From Carcharhinus amblyrhynchos (taxonomy: Eukaryota), in the NCBI GenBank assembly GCA_965287045.1, contig OZ336873.1, positions 102,548,001 through 102,612,000 of the forward strand: 64,000 nt of DNA, read 5' to 3'. The translations under genes were made by a program, and so were the position numbers. Below the pieces are notes generated by a model. That model did not search any database and was not told the origin of the DNA. It worked only from the letters and a program-made list of their open reading frames with translations. Shown in pieces: positions 63,411 to 64,000 of the stretch. Within the stretch, counting starts at the first letter, position 1, and every line of letters starts with the position of its first letter.

Positions 63411-64000
63411 TTAAAAAAAGTAAATATTCTGACTCGTTATTTCCTCCAAGAATTCACAAGGCAATAGCAACCGTGGCCTAACCAAATGGAGCTAACTTAA
63501 GTCAAATCAAGGACTTGAATGAATGGAGTGGAAATCCAGGCAAGTAACAAGGGCGCAAAGTAAGTTCTCCAAGAAAGGGCGAGTGTCACGCTGGAGTAGG
63601 GTTAAAGAAGTTCTCTGAAAAACTGATATTTATGGACTCATTATTTAGGTTATATTGTTATAGGTCATTACATCTGTTATTTGTTAGTATTGCTCTTTCA
63701 AGTGTTTGATTTTCTTTACATGGCCAGTTGCTGAAACCAAGCTAATAACATCACAGCAAGGGGAAAAGGGCTTTGGGTCTTTAAGGAAAATAGTAAACAA
63801 CTCTATGGGCAGGATTTGCTGGCCGTACTCACTGCAAAACCAGAAAATTTTGCCCAAGGTCAACGGACCTTTGCATGGCATGTCGTTTTGCCCCCCCATC
63901 TTGCTCTGATTCCATGGCAAATGTGATGGGAAAATTCCCCTCATATCTCTTTCAGCAAATAAAGGAATGAGAAATAAACAGTGTAGTGACAGAGAAGGTG

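Overview
Vertebrate genomic DNA, almost certainly a cartilaginous fish (shark), judged from its HE1-like tRNA SINEs, DeuSINE-like copies and dense CR1 LINEs. The only host gene is the 3' half of CHM (Rab escort protein 1, REP-1) on the minus strand. It has seven coding exons corresponding to human exons 9-15 (51784 down to the stop at 7129), all with GT-AG sites and consistent phases; upstream exons lie beyond the window. The introns hold CR1, L2 and Rex1/Babar LINE fragments, a full-length but decayed Gypsy LTR element with nested insertions (about 17975-23211), a fossil PIF/Harbinger transposase and several SINE families. The most striking non-gene signal is a small Penelope-type non-autonomous element, present as three copies with target-site duplications. 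It is built as an inverted repeat carrying a minimal hammerhead ribozyme motif in each arm, and the youngest copy (57891-58132) is a perfect 98-bp hairpin. Most short ORFs in the supplied track are repeat-derived or spurious. Repeat boundaries are by-eye estimates, and family assignments and human comparisons come from recalled sequences, not database searches.
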